A stretch of 64,000 bases of DNA from Candidatus Saccharimonadota bacterium (GCA_028289135.1 JAQGGW010000004.1:758-64757); one strand, 5' to 3'. Numbered from the stretch's first letter, positions 36,324-46,101 are shown. Translations and numbers: made by a program. Notes: generated from the letters alone by a model not told the origin.

Positions 36324-36409
36324 TGGTGGGCAAGGAGAGACTTGAACTCTCACGAACTTGCGTTCACAGGATTTTGAGTCCAGCGCGTCTACCATTCCGC
36401 CACTCGCCC
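36324..36409 (-). tRNA. tRNA-Leu (anticodon CAA), type II with long variable arm, CCA encoded
   Basis: The reverse complement reads GGGCGAGTGGCGGAATGGTAGACGCGCTGGACTCAAAATCCTGTGAACGCAAGTTCGTGAGAGTTCAAGTCTCTCCTTGCCCACCA. The anticodon loop is CT-CAA-AA and the T-loop is TTCAAGT. Confidence 0.85.
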
Positions 36410-36488
36410 ATTATCACCAGGATGATGATATATGTATCAGAACAGATGAGATTATACTATACTAATGTAAGCATTAACCAGCATAAGC

Positions 36489-37763
36489 ATGAATGACGAC
36501 AATATAAATAACCTACAGCCGAGCATGCCGCCCATCATAAAGGGCAAAGGCTCATTCATGGCGGGCAAGAATAATCCAGCGGCGGATTTAATCCGCCAAA
36601 AACTCCATGCCCTCTATGCCAACGAGCCTGATGTTGTTGAAGAAGCCGTGGAAACAGCTGTTTTGCCATCAAAACATTCCAAACACCAGCAATTTATGCA
36701 CGAATTGTCAGCATCCGGCAAACCGTTGGCAGTCATCCAGACCGAATGGCATAACTACTACACGCATCTGGACGACGAAGGCAAACGCCAGGTTTGGCAG
36801 GAGTTTTATGCCGCCAACGAGCAGCAATCTTCTTATTTTAAAGCCCAAACGCACGCAGCACAGCTGCAGCCAGTTTCGCAGCCAGTACCTGAACAGCCCC
36901 AGGTAATAGCCGCGAACCCGGAGCCGGCCTTTGCAACAATAGAAGCCGCCACCCGCTCAGCTGCCCAAACACGTGCTAGCGCCCTGCGGTCCGTAGCCGA
37001 GCTTAAAAAACAGATTACAAGCAAAGTCCGCGTCCGCGGCAAACTATCTAAAAAACAGCACATGCAGTCGCTCGGCTTTGGCCTCAGTATGGGCGCGGTC
37101 GTAATCATCATCTTGCTGTTTGGCTTTTTTAATGAACGCTTTATCGCGCCATTTATTACCCCCAGCCGCAATGTTAGCGCCACGCCGCTTATTTTGGACC
37201 CCAATAACGCCACCGTGGACGCCAGCCCGCAGGTTATTATCCCCAAAATAAACGTCCAGGCACCAGTTGTTTACGACGTTCCGACAATTAACGAAAACGA
37301 CGTTGAATCCGGTTTGGAACGCGGGATTGTACATTACGTCACCACCAGCAACCCCGGAGAACAGGGAAACTCAGTCTTTTTTGGACACAGCAGTAGCAAC
37401 ATCCTAAACCGCGGCAAATATAAGTTTGCTTTTGTGCTGCTTAGCTGGCTCAACGAAGGCGACACGTTTTATCTGCAAAAGGGCGGTGTACGTTATGTCT
37501 ACAAGGTATTTGAGAAAAAGATTGTACCACCTAGCGATGTCAGCGTTTTAAACCCCGTTGACGGCCACATATCGACCGCCACACTAATTACCTGCGACCC
37601 CCCGGGCACTAATGTTAACCGCCTTATTATTGTCGGCGACCAGATTAGCCCAGACCCAGGCGGCAACGCGGCCAGCACAGCGCTTAAAACCGATGCTAAA
37701 CCCGCCAAACTGGCCGGCAATTCCGAGTCTTTGTGGCACCGGATAGTACACGCAATCTTCTAA
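36489..37763 (+). CDS. sortase-family transpeptidase with a long N-terminal extension
   Basis: A TM segment is followed by the catalytic domain with FFGHSS and TLITCDPPG (the TLxTC motif). Confidence 0.8.
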   Translation: MNDDNINNLQPSMPPIIKGKGSFMAGKNNPAADLIRQKLHALYANEPDVVEEAVETAVLPSKHSKHQQFMHELSASGKPLAVIQTEWHNYYTHLDDEGKRQVWQEFYAANEQQSSYFKAQTHAAQLQPVSQPVPEQPQVIAANPEPAFATIEAATRSAAQTRASALRSVAELKKQITSKVRVRGKLSKKQHMQSLGFGLSMGAVVIIILLFGFFNERFIAPFITPSRNVSATPLILDPNNATVDASPQVIIPKINVQAPVVYDVPTINENDVESGLERGIVHYVTTSNPGEQGNSVFFGHSSSNILNRGKYKFAFVLLSWLNEGDTFYLQKGGVRYVYKVFEKKIVPPSDVSVLNPVDGHISTATLITCDPPGTNVNRLIIVGDQISPDPGGNAASTALKTDAKPAKLAGNSESLWHRIVHAIF

Positions 37764-37764
37764 C

Positions 37765-39240
37765 TTATTTCTTAACTAAGCTTGTCTGGGTCAAAGAAGT
37801 ACGACCAGTAACAGTTTTGGAAGGCGCCAGCGTAAAGACGGTTTTAGAATCAGGGCTAAAGAAAGCGCCGTTTAAAAGGCTAGGCACCAATGTTTGTTCG
37901 TTGGATCCTTCAAAATCAGTAATATAACTCTGGTTATTATTAACAGCCTTAAAGCGGAAGCTATCCATCCAGGCCACCTTTTGGGTTGGATCAGTAAGAG
38001 GCAGCGAAACCTTAAATTGACGGTCACCTTCGATATCATAAACCACAAAATTTGTGCCGGATTGGGCGGCTATGAGATGCGAGTCGGGCGAGAATGATAC
38101 AAACTGAGGGTTAGGTAGCCGTAGCACCGCCGGGATCAACAATGCCTTGTTTTGCTGGCCTTTAAGCGTTGGCAATGGATCGGTATAGACAAACACCGCG
38201 TCATCCAAATTGGTGCCCACGGCGTAATACGGCGTGCCGTCAAACTGGTCGACATCAAACAGATATGTCTGAGCTTCGGTTACTGTCTTTAACAGATAAG
38301 ATGCTCTGTCATTTTCGCGGATCCGGACATCTACTTTGCCCGTGTCGGCGCCGGTTTTTGTGGCATAGAGCAAAATATCGGGCCCATAAGACCGGTAGGC
38401 AATGACGTTGTTAACAATTGCCCCAGAAACCGTCCGGTTTTTAAGATCACCCTGGCGCACTACGCCGCCTGTTGCGTCATAGATATAAATTTGATCTGGT
38501 TTTTTGTCGCGCAGCGTTACCGAACTTGGTGCCACTGTTAGGGTGGTGTTGATACTAAGGCTGCTGGCAATATTGGTTATGTCAACCATTAAGAATTCGC
38601 TTGTGTCGTCGTAGCTCCGCTGCATAAGAAGATGTTTGTTATCGCCGGCCCACTGCAGCGCGGTAAGCGTGGCCGGTTTGGTAGGGTCTGTCAAGATTGA
38701 TGCTGGAATGGTTAATGTTGCTGGAGCTGCCGAAGGTGTATTTAGATCATAGACATCAAAAACATAGGTCTGGCCTGGCTGCTGCACCATAAGCCAGCGT
38801 TTATCAATGCTCTGGGTCGTTAAAAGCGGGGCAGAGGCATAAAGCTGGTTTTCAGAGGTAGCCAGGGTTTTTGGCACCAGTAAAGGATAGACAAGCCGCT
38901 CAATACTGCCGCCCGTAAGTGTAAATGTCCGCTTCCAGTCGCGGTAGCCGTCGGCCGTTAGCTTAATTGAATACTGTTTGCTGCCCGGGAGAACCAACCG
39001 CGTAGACGTCCGGTTGCCTTGGATAGTCCCGTCCAGATAAACATTGGCGCTAACAGGTTGCGAGTCAACAAAAACAGTACCATTTTGGATAATATCACCG
39101 GTTTTACGGTCATATGAAAAGCCCTGGGCGCTCACCAACACCAGCCAAGCAGCCAACGACAGCGCGACCGCCATTAGCAAATAGCCAAGCAGCAGGCGCC
39201 TGCGGTGTGATTTTTTACGTTTTGGGTCGAGGAAATCCAT
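37765..39240 (-). CDS. PEGA-domain protein with a C-terminal beta-propeller-like region
   Basis: A TM anchor is followed by VFVDSQPVSANVYLDGTIQGNRTSTRLVLPGSKQYSIKLTADGYRDW (a PEGA domain) and then repetitive beta-rich sequence. Confidence 0.7.
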   Translation of the reverse strand: MDFLDPKRKKSHRRRLLLGYLLMAVALSLAAWLVLVSAQGFSYDRKTGDIIQNGTVFVDSQPVSANVYLDGTIQGNRTSTRLVLPGSKQYSIKLTADGYRDWKRTFTLTGGSIERLVYPLLVPKTLATSENQLYASAPLLTTQSIDKRWLMVQQPGQTYVFDVYDLNTPSAAPATLTIPASILTDPTKPATLTALQWAGDNKHLLMQRSYDDTSEFLMVDITNIASSLSINTTLTVAPSSVTLRDKKPDQIYIYDATGGVVRQGDLKNRTVSGAIVNNVIAYRSYGPDILLYATKTGADTGKVDVRIRENDRASYLLKTVTEAQTYLFDVDQFDGTPYYAVGTNLDDAVFVYTDPLPTLKGQQNKALLIPAVLRLPNPQFVSFSPDSHLIAAQSGTNFVVYDIEGDRQFKVSLPLTDPTQKVAWMDSFRFKAVNNNQSYITDFEGSNEQTLVPSLLNGAFFSPDSKTVFTLAPSKTVTGRTSLTQTSLVKK

Positions 39241-39444
39241 ATAGTACTTCTATATCCGCTTAATTATTTTTGTCTTTATATTATACGCTTGTACTAAGTT
39301 ATATCAGATTCGGACTTCAGTTGCTACCAGGGCTTTGGACGATAGCCTGCGACTGAGTACAAACGTGACCTGATCTACTTGCATCGCAGGCATAAGCACA
39401 GTAAGATTAATCTAAGTAAGTTAGTATCTGCATAAAGCGTATAA

Positions 39445-40530
39445 ATGGGACAAAAAAGACACACCGTGGGAAAGCAGGAACACCAATCTATCATCGAGTT
39501 CAACGGCCAGCGGTTTAATGCGCGGACCGGCCGGTTAATCGACGGAATAAGCGCGCCCATCAGCCCAACAAAACCAACCATAAGCGATATGGCTCCAGCA
39601 AATCATGCTTCAAGAGCCTTAACCCCCAGTAAACAGGTCCACAAGACCCTACAGCCAAGCAAAACCTTGATGCGCCGGGCCGTACAAAAGCCCTCAACAA
39701 TTACCGACCGTAAAACCGTAGCCATGGATGTTGTTTCGCACACCCCGGGTCAAACCGCGGTCGAAAAGTTCCACAGCGTCAGCGCTGAACGTGACCTGCG
39801 TGCCGGTAAAATACGCCAAAACTCCCTAGTTAACCGCTTTGGCGGCGAACTGCATGCTAGCAAGTCTGTCATTGCACCAGAAAAGCTCAATATGCTGCCC
39901 GAAGAACAAACCGTCCGTGAAGTACTTGCGTCCCCATTGCTTAGCGCCAAATATGACAACCGGTCAGCAACCAGCAAAATGCTCGACAAAAGCCTCCGCA
40001 GCGCGACAAGCCACGAAGAAAAACCCATCAAAAAAGCAAAGCTTCACCACCGCCTAGGCAGCAAAGTCGGCCTTAGCGCCAAAGCCGCCAGCATTGCGGC
40101 CGGCAGCTTGGCCGTACTACTTGTTGGTGGCTTTGTGGCCTATCAAAACATCCCCAATCTTTCCATCCGCTACGCTAGCGCCAAAGCCGGAGTCCATGCC
40201 AGCTTGCCAACATACCAGCCAGCAGGTTTTGCCATTAATAGCCACGTTGGCTACAGCCCCGGCGTAATTAGCGTGGCCTACAAAGCCAACGCTGACAACC
40301 GGGCGTATACAATCACCCAAAAAACCACCAACTGGAACAGCGATGCTCTTAAAGAACACCTTATGGGTACGACCGGGATTATCCCGCAGAGCTACCCGGA
40401 CAACGGCCAGACAATTTATTTGCACGATAACAATCAGGCCGACTGGGTCAACAATGGCGTTTGGTACAGCATTACAGGCAACTCAAACCTCAATACCGAC
40501 CAGCTGATCAAAATTGCTACTTCTCTATAA
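39445..40530 (+). CDS. membrane-anchored hypothetical protein (DUF4367-like C-terminal domain)
   Basis: A basic N-terminal region, one TM helix (AAGSLAVLLVGGFVAY) and an extracytoplasmic beta-rich domain. Confidence 0.55.
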   Translation: MGQKRHTVGKQEHQSIIEFNGQRFNARTGRLIDGISAPISPTKPTISDMAPANHASRALTPSKQVHKTLQPSKTLMRRAVQKPSTITDRKTVAMDVVSHTPGQTAVEKFHSVSAERDLRAGKIRQNSLVNRFGGELHASKSVIAPEKLNMLPEEQTVREVLASPLLSAKYDNRSATSKMLDKSLRSATSHEEKPIKKAKLHHRLGSKVGLSAKAASIAAGSLAVLLVGGFVAYQNIPNLSIRYASAKAGVHASLPTYQPAGFAINSHVGYSPGVISVAYKANADNRAYTITQKTTNWNSDALKEHLMGTTGIIPQSYPDNGQTIYLHDNNQADWVNNGVWYSITGNSNLNTDQLIKIATSL

Positions 40531-40554
40531 ATTTGTGAAATGTGCGTAAAAACC

Positions 40555-42375
40555 TTATTGTAATCTGTTTTTGACGCGTTCGAGGCCCATGACTTTCATT
40601 ATGGTCCAAAGGTCAGGTGTACGGTTTTTGCCGGTGAGTTTTACGCGGATAATGCGGGCAAAGTCAGCCACGTTGCCATTAAACTTTTCGGGTGATTCTT
40701 TAAAAACTCCATTGTCGGTAGAAAAACCTGTTTTTTCAGCCGCGGATTTTAGTTTATCGAACCACGTTTGCTGGTCATCATTTTCATCATAAGTACTCAT
40801 AAACTCCGCACATACTGTCGTAACGACGTCAGAAGGAAAGTCTTTAAGCTCTTCCGACACTCGTGAAATAAATTCTTCAGGGAATAAGCCGTCAAAAAAG
40901 TAGCTATAATTTTCTGGGGCATCCGACCATTTGGCCAAGTCTTTGCGTGGTTTGTCGCCGTCCCGTTCAATACTTAAGATCAGGTTTGTATAACTATCGT
41001 CTGCTTCCATTGCCGCTGCAAAACGTGGTGAATTATTGTTTGCCCAAGCCAAAATCTCTGCATTAAACTTATCTTGCGGCAAGCTGGCAATGTAGTCCTT
41101 GGCATAATCTTCAAGCTTTTTCATGTCCAGTAGCGGCGCGCGGCTGGCGGCCAGTTTTTCAAGCGAAATAGGGAAGTCAGTTACTGGTTTGCCGGGGTTT
41201 GCGCGGTACCAGTCTTCAAAGTTGGAGTTCGCTAATCCAAACAAATACGCCTTAACAGCCTCTATAGGGTAGCCAGCTTCCAGCCAATACTGCACGTTTG
41301 CTTCGTCGTCCTTGCGCTTGCTGAGCTTGCGTTTACCGCCGCCGTTTTTGTCGATGACCGATATTGGGGCAAAGTGGCCATAGGTAAAAGGTTCGATGTT
41401 TAACGCCTGGGCAAGTTCAATGTGCAGGGCAGTGCTTGGCAGCCATTCGTCGCTTCTAAACACTTTGGTAATGCGCATAAGATGGTCGTCCACGACATGC
41501 GCCAGGTGATAAGTTGGCAAGCGGTATTCATCGCTTTTAATTAGCGGCACATCCAGGTCGTTTTCAGGCACTTCCATTTTGCCTTTAAAAACATCGGTGT
41601 ACTGGATACGTTTTAGGTGGTCGCCGTTAGATCTAAAACGAAGCACAAATGGTTTTTCGGCGTCTAATGCTGCAATAATATCGGCTTCGGTTTTATTGCG
41701 CCACAAAGCCCAGTCGCCATAATAGCCCGGACGCTGCTTTTTAGCCTGCTGGTCTGCGGTTGCAGCTTTAAGTTCTTCTGGTGTTGCAAAGCAGGGGTAG
41801 GCGCGGCTATTTTTGAGTAGTTCCAGTGCGTAGCCCATGTACGTTTTACCGCGTTCACTCTGAAAATACGGGCCATAAGCGCCGCCCCCTGCAGCCCAGC
41901 CAGTGCGACTATCTGAGTTTTCTCCAGATGAGATAAAACTAATTTTCTCTGATGGAAGAGTAGTTTGATCTACTTTGACATCAGAAAAATCAGTTTTGGC
42001 CATTCGGGAAGGCTCAGTAGATGTGCTGGTCTGGGGTGTAGGGGGCGTGTCTGGGCCTTCATCATAGCCAAGATCAAATTCGCGGAAAGCATTAATAATG
42101 CCCTCAACCGAGCCTTCGACCTCTCGCTTTTTGTCGGTGTCTTCAATTCGCAGAATAAACACGCCGCCAGTCTGGTGAGCAATTCGTTCGTTTATAAGCC
42201 CGGCATAAATCGTGCCAATATGGACAAATCCGGTTGGGCTCGGCGGCACGCGCATTACCTCGGCACCGCCAGGCAACGAGCGGGCAGGGTAAGCTGCTTC
42301 ACTTTCCTGGCGTTCCGTATAGCCATGAGGCGCCAACAAAGCAGTTAAACGTTCAATAAGTTCAGGGGAATACAT
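40555..42375 (-). CDS. gltX: glutamate--tRNA ligase with an insertion of about 55 aa in the catalytic domain
   Basis: PSPTGFVHIG (HIGH motif), RIEDTD, GPYFQSER and KLSKRK (KMSKS motif). The extra segment is DTPPTPQTSTSTEPS...SDSRTGWAA, between YDEGP and GGGAYGPY. Confidence 0.88.
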   Translation of the reverse strand: MYSPELIERLTALLAPHGYTERQESEAAYPARSLPGGAEVMRVPPSPTGFVHIGTIYAGLINERIAHQTGGVFILRIEDTDKKREVEGSVEGIINAFREFDLGYDEGPDTPPTPQTSTSTEPSRMAKTDFSDVKVDQTTLPSEKISFISSGENSDSRTGWAAGGGAYGPYFQSERGKTYMGYALELLKNSRAYPCFATPEELKAATADQQAKKQRPGYYGDWALWRNKTEADIIAALDAEKPFVLRFRSNGDHLKRIQYTDVFKGKMEVPENDLDVPLIKSDEYRLPTYHLAHVVDDHLMRITKVFRSDEWLPSTALHIELAQALNIEPFTYGHFAPISVIDKNGGGKRKLSKRKDDEANVQYWLEAGYPIEAVKAYLFGLANSNFEDWYRANPGKPVTDFPISLEKLAASRAPLLDMKKLEDYAKDYIASLPQDKFNAEILAWANNNSPRFAAAMEADDSYTNLILSIERDGDKPRKDLAKWSDAPENYSYFFDGLFPEEFISRVSEELKDFPSDVVTTVCAEFMSTYDENDDQQTWFDKLKSAAEKTGFSTDNGVFKESPEKFNGNVADFARIIRVKLTGKNRTPDLWTIMKVMGLERVKNRLQ

Positions 42376-42382
42376 ACCCTTG

Positions 42383-42388
42383 ATTGTA
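42383..42388 (-). promoter_or_regulatory. -10 box (TGGTACAAT on the minus strand), 7 nt upstream of the gltX ATG at 42375
   Basis: The reverse complement reads CTCTGGTACAATcaagggtATG. Confidence 0.45.
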
Positions 42389-42440
42389 CCAGAGGTTATA
42401 CGCAGTTAAGAACTTTCATTTATATCGATAACGCTTATGG

Positions 42441-42446
42441 TACAAT
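42441..42446 (+). promoter_or_regulatory. -10 box (TGGTACAAT), 8 nt upstream of the ATG at 42455
   Basis: ATAACGCTTATGGTACAATttagacaaATG. The first 15 nt are identical to 46089..46103. Confidence 0.45.
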
Positions 42447-42454
42447 TTAGACAA

Positions 42455-43810
42455 ATGGATGATATTATCCGGCCGCGTCGGCCAAAAACACCGGTAAAAA
42501 CGGAGCCTGAGGCTTTTAAGAATATACCTAGTGGTCCAAGCACCCAAAAAGCGGCTAATTTTAACACTGGCGCCTTATCAAAAATTGCCTTAAAATCAGC
42601 TAAATCCGAATCAAAATTTAAAACGCCGGACGAAGTTGCCGACGAAGATATTGCCGCAGCTGCCATCGCTAAGGCTCCAGAAACAATAAACAGCGAAGAA
42701 GCGCCCGCCGAAGAAGTAAAAAAACGTAAATTTAGCTTTAAACCGCACATGCCGCATGGCAAAAAACAGTGGATTATCGCCAGCATCATAGCTGTTTTAG
42801 TACTTGGAGGCGGCAGTGCCAGCGCTTACTTTTTTGTCATTAAAAAGCCTGCCAAAGCTGCACCAGTTGTCGCAAAAGTAGTCAAAAAAGCTGTGCCGCC
42901 AAAAACCACCACCGAAGTTTCTAAGCTTAGCGGCCTGAGCGTGCCAATTGGTACCAACCTCGGCCCAGTAACGGCCGTCCAGATTGAAAACAGCCCCGAC
43001 GCCCGCCCGCAATCCGGCCTTAAAGAAGCCAGTATTGTTTATGAAGCCATCGCCGAAGGCGGAATTACCCGTTTTAACGCTATTTTCCAGGACACCGCGC
43101 CAGATTATATTGGCCCGATCCGCTCACTCCGCCCATACTACATCGACTGGTTCTTGCCGTTTGACGCCTCTATCGCCCACGTCGGCGGCGCGCCGCAAGC
43201 ACTGCAGGACATCAAAACCCTGGGCATTAAAGACCTCGACCAGTTTTATAACGGCGGCAGCTATGACCGCATCACCAGCCGCTATGCTCCGCACAACGTC
43301 TATACCTCCGTCGCGCGCCTAAACGACCTCGAAAAGTCTAAAGGCTTCACGAGTGCTACCTACACTGGTTTTTTACGTAAAAAAGATGCCGTTCCAACAA
43401 AGCCAGTAACACCTCCAACGGCTAAAATTGTCGACTTGAGTATTTCGAGCTACTTCTACAATGTGCATTACGACTACGACGCCGCCAAAAACGCCTACCT
43501 CCGCTCTGAGGGTGGCGCGCCGCACCTTGACCTAAAGTCTAGTACTCAGCTAGAACCAAAAGTGGTGGTAGCGATTGTAATGGGGCGTGGGATAGACGGC
43601 GACGGCGAACACACCGACTACACCACCGTTGGCAGCGGGCATATGTACGTCTTCCAGGACGGCGCAGTTCAAGAAGGCACATGGGCAAAAGACAGCCGCC
43701 AGGCCCAATGGAAATTTACTACTGCGGACGGCAAACCGATTGCGTTTAACGCCGGCCAAACGTGGATCAGCATGGTTGATAGCACCGGTTCTGTAACCTA
43801 TGCGCCTTAA
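42455..43810 (+). CDS. DUF3048-domain secreted protein (YerB-like)
   Basis: A TM anchor is followed by VTAVQIENSPDARPQSGLKEASIVYEAIAEGGITRFNAIF. The track start at 42437 lies inside the -10 box, so the in-frame ATG at 42455 is preferred. Confidence 0.75.
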   Translation: MDDIIRPRRPKTPVKTEPEAFKNIPSGPSTQKAANFNTGALSKIALKSAKSESKFKTPDEVADEDIAAAAIAKAPETINSEEAPAEEVKKRKFSFKPHMPHGKKQWIIASIIAVLVLGGGSASAYFFVIKKPAKAAPVVAKVVKKAVPPKTTTEVSKLSGLSVPIGTNLGPVTAVQIENSPDARPQSGLKEASIVYEAIAEGGITRFNAIFQDTAPDYIGPIRSLRPYYIDWFLPFDASIAHVGGAPQALQDIKTLGIKDLDQFYNGGSYDRITSRYAPHNVYTSVARLNDLEKSKGFTSATYTGFLRKKDAVPTKPVTPPTAKIVDLSISSYFYNVHYDYDAAKNAYLRSEGGAPHLDLKSSTQLEPKVVVAIVMGRGIDGDGEHTDYTTVGSGHMYVFQDGAVQEGTWAKDSRQAQWKFTTADGKPIAFNAGQTWISMVDSTGSVTYAP

Positions 43811-43837
43811 TTATGAGATCTAAAGGGTAGGCAAATA

Positions 43838-45388
43838 ATGGATAATTTTAAGAAATTCAGCAGCGACCTCACGGCATACGGCTTTTTTTGGATATTTATT
43901 AGCAGCCTTTTAGCTGTTGGTGCGTACCTTTTATGCAGCCGTGTCTTTAAGCTTAATGACCTATTTTCACTGCTTGCGACCACCGTTATAGCCTTATTGC
44001 TATCTGTTGGAGTTGCCAAACTTCTTGTCATGGCCGTTAGTGAACCGTTTAAGGCGATCTGGCAGGCGCTTTGGCAGCTGACAGAGAGCGCAGGCAATGT
44101 ACCAACTCCCCAGCCAGACAAGCTAACCCACGGAAGGGAGCTGGCCATGTCGATGATAAAACAGATGTACCAGCTTGGCGGTACGCAGGCTGCTTCAGCC
44201 GTAGTTACGACGGCGGCTTCCCAAGCAGTCCCAGCTCCCGCGGCACAGAATACCCAACTGCTAGAAGTCATGCCGCTGCCGGTTTTTGCACTGGACGAAA
44301 ACGATATGGTCCAAAGCATTAACCAGCTGGCCGCGGACTACGCTGGACGCCCGCGCGAAGAAATTATCGGCAAGTCAATCAACGATGTTTTGCAGCTATC
44401 TTTTCAGACAAATGACACACTTGAAACATGGTTGGCATCCGCAAAGGCTAGTAGCGTTATGGCCAATTCGTCTTGGGATAGAGTCCGGATGCAAGTTGCC
44501 GACAAAGGCTTAAAGCAGTTTGACCTAATCGCGCGCTACGCCAAGGGCAACACGACCGGATATGACACGCTGCTTGGGATTTTTGACCACACCGAACGTT
44601 ATAGCAACGAAGACGGCAAGACAAGCTACGTGGCTTTGGCCGTGCATGAGCTCCGCACGCCGCTAACTGTACTGCGCGGCTACATTGAAGTATTCGAAGA
44701 CGAGCTAGACAGCAAGCTGACACCAGAGCTGCGTGACTTTATGCATAAAATGAGCGCGTCCGCCCAAGCTTTGACGGCTTTTGTCAGTAACATCCTAAAT
44801 GTTGCCCGTGTTGACGAAAACCAGCTTACTCTTAGCCTGCACGAAGCAAACTGGAATGAACTTTTGCCAGAATTTGCCAAAGACCTGGAGCTTCGCGCAA
44901 AAGTCCGCGGCAAAACCCTGGAGCTAGATATCCAGCCAAACCTGCCCGCGGTCGCAGTTGATAAAGTTAGCATCTACGAAGTAATAAGCAACTTGGTAGA
45001 TAACGCTATAAAATACAGCGGCACAAGCGCGAAGATAATACTGCATTCGGCGGTAGGCAAAGACGGCAATGTTGAAACAGTCGTCCAAGACTATGGAGTC
45101 GGCATTCCAGAGGGAGCCATGAGATATTTGTTTACCAAATACTACCGCAGCCATCGCAACAAGGGTAGTATAAGCGGCAGCGGCCTGGGGCTATATCTTG
45201 TCAAAGCCATTGTCACAGCCCATGGCGGCAATGTCTGGGTCAATAGTAAAGAAGACGAGGGCAGCAGCTTTGGCTTTTCGGTAGTACCGTACACAAGCGT
45301 TGCCGCCGAGCTAAAAGACCCTGCAAACGCTAACATCGAACGCCAAGCGCACGGCTGGATAAAAAACCATTCAATGTATCGGAGATAA
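43838..45388 (+). CDS. sensor histidine kinase (TM, PAS-like, HisKA, HATPase)
   Basis: H-box LAVHELRTPLT, N-box DNAIKYSG, and G-boxes DYGVGIP and GSGLGLYL. Confidence 0.9.
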   Translation: MDNFKKFSSDLTAYGFFWIFISSLLAVGAYLLCSRVFKLNDLFSLLATTVIALLLSVGVAKLLVMAVSEPFKAIWQALWQLTESAGNVPTPQPDKLTHGRELAMSMIKQMYQLGGTQAASAVVTTAASQAVPAPAAQNTQLLEVMPLPVFALDENDMVQSINQLAADYAGRPREEIIGKSINDVLQLSFQTNDTLETWLASAKASSVMANSSWDRVRMQVADKGLKQFDLIARYAKGNTTGYDTLLGIFDHTERYSNEDGKTSYVALAVHELRTPLTVLRGYIEVFEDELDSKLTPELRDFMHKMSASAQALTAFVSNILNVARVDENQLTLSLHEANWNELLPEFAKDLELRAKVRGKTLELDIQPNLPAVAVDKVSIYEVISNLVDNAIKYSGTSAKIILHSAVGKDGNVETVVQDYGVGIPEGAMRYLFTKYYRSHRNKGSISGSGLGLYLVKAIVTAHGGNVWVNSKEDEGSSFGFSVVPYTSVAAELKDPANANIERQAHGWIKNHSMYRR

Positions 45389-45391
45389 ACC

Positions 45392-45799
45392 ATGGATAAT
45401 GACCAACACAGTACACCAATCAATCAAAACGGCCTCAAAGTCCTCTGCGTTGAAGACGAATTTTTTATTAGCGAGCTGTACGACCGGGCGCTGCGTAAAG
45501 CTGGTTATGACGTAACTAATGCTCTTAATGGCAACGACGGGCTAGAGCTGGCCAAAACTGACCAGTACGACATTATTTTGCTAGACCTGATGGTGCCTGG
45601 CATGACGGGCATTGAAATCCTCAAAGTTTTAAGCGATGAAACGAAGACACCCAAAATCCATAGCAAGATAATTATTACCACCAACCTTGTCCAGGACGAT
45701 GCCGCCCGCCAAGAGATCGAAAGCCACGCCGACGGCTATATTATTAAAGCCGACATTACACCAAAAGAACTTGTCGCTTTCCTTGAGAAGCTCCGCTAA
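45392..45799 (+). CDS. stand-alone receiver-domain response regulator (CheY-like)
   Basis: 135 aa with VLCVEDE...DIILLDLMVPGMTG...K, and no output domain. Confidence 0.88.
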   Translation: MDNDQHSTPINQNGLKVLCVEDEFFISELYDRALRKAGYDVTNALNGNDGLELAKTDQYDIILLDLMVPGMTGIEILKVLSDETKTPKIHSKIIITTNLVQDDAARQEIESHADGYIIKADITPKELVAFLEKLR

Positions 45800-45874
45800 A
45801 GACGGGCCACTGGCTTAAAACAGGGAAATATGATAAGATTGCCTCTGTTATTTACATAATTTAGTAAAAATTAA

Positions 45875-45949
45875 GGTCCCGTCGTCTATCGGTTAGGACA
45901 CCAGGTTCTCATCCTGGTAAGAGGAGTTCGACTCTCCTCGGGATCACCA
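45875..45949 (+). tRNA. tRNA-Glu (anticodon CUC), CCA encoded
   Basis: GGTCCCGTCGTCTATCGGTTAGGACACCAGGTTCTCATCCTGGTAAGAGGAGTTCGACTCTCCTCGGGATCACCA. The anticodon stem is CCAGG/CCTGG with loop TT-CTC-AT. Confidence 0.85.
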
Positions 45950-46101
45950 CGTCGCAGCTAACTCCAACCCGCCTAATTTCGCGCAAACAAGTGGCGCAAA
46001 ATTGGCGTTGGCCATCGCATTACTACTCCTTTAACCCACAAAGCAGCCTTTGCGGGGGACCCGAAGACTGCACAACGCTGTAATATTCATAACGCTTATG
46101 G

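Noticed and set aside
35330-36409. Calling the low-GC islet next to tRNA-Leu an integrative element or prophage remnant.
   Set aside because: There is no integrase or recombinase gene, and I found no direct repeat of the tRNA-Leu 3' end at the distal boundary. I report it only as a compositionally distinct two-gene islet.
42406-42789. A 127-aa minus-strand ORF, and a 124-aa minus-strand ORF at 46031..46405.
   Set aside because: Each is antisense to the 5' part of a well-supported plus-strand gene (the DUF3048 protein and the CHASE4 kinase) and spans its promoter. No independent support exists.
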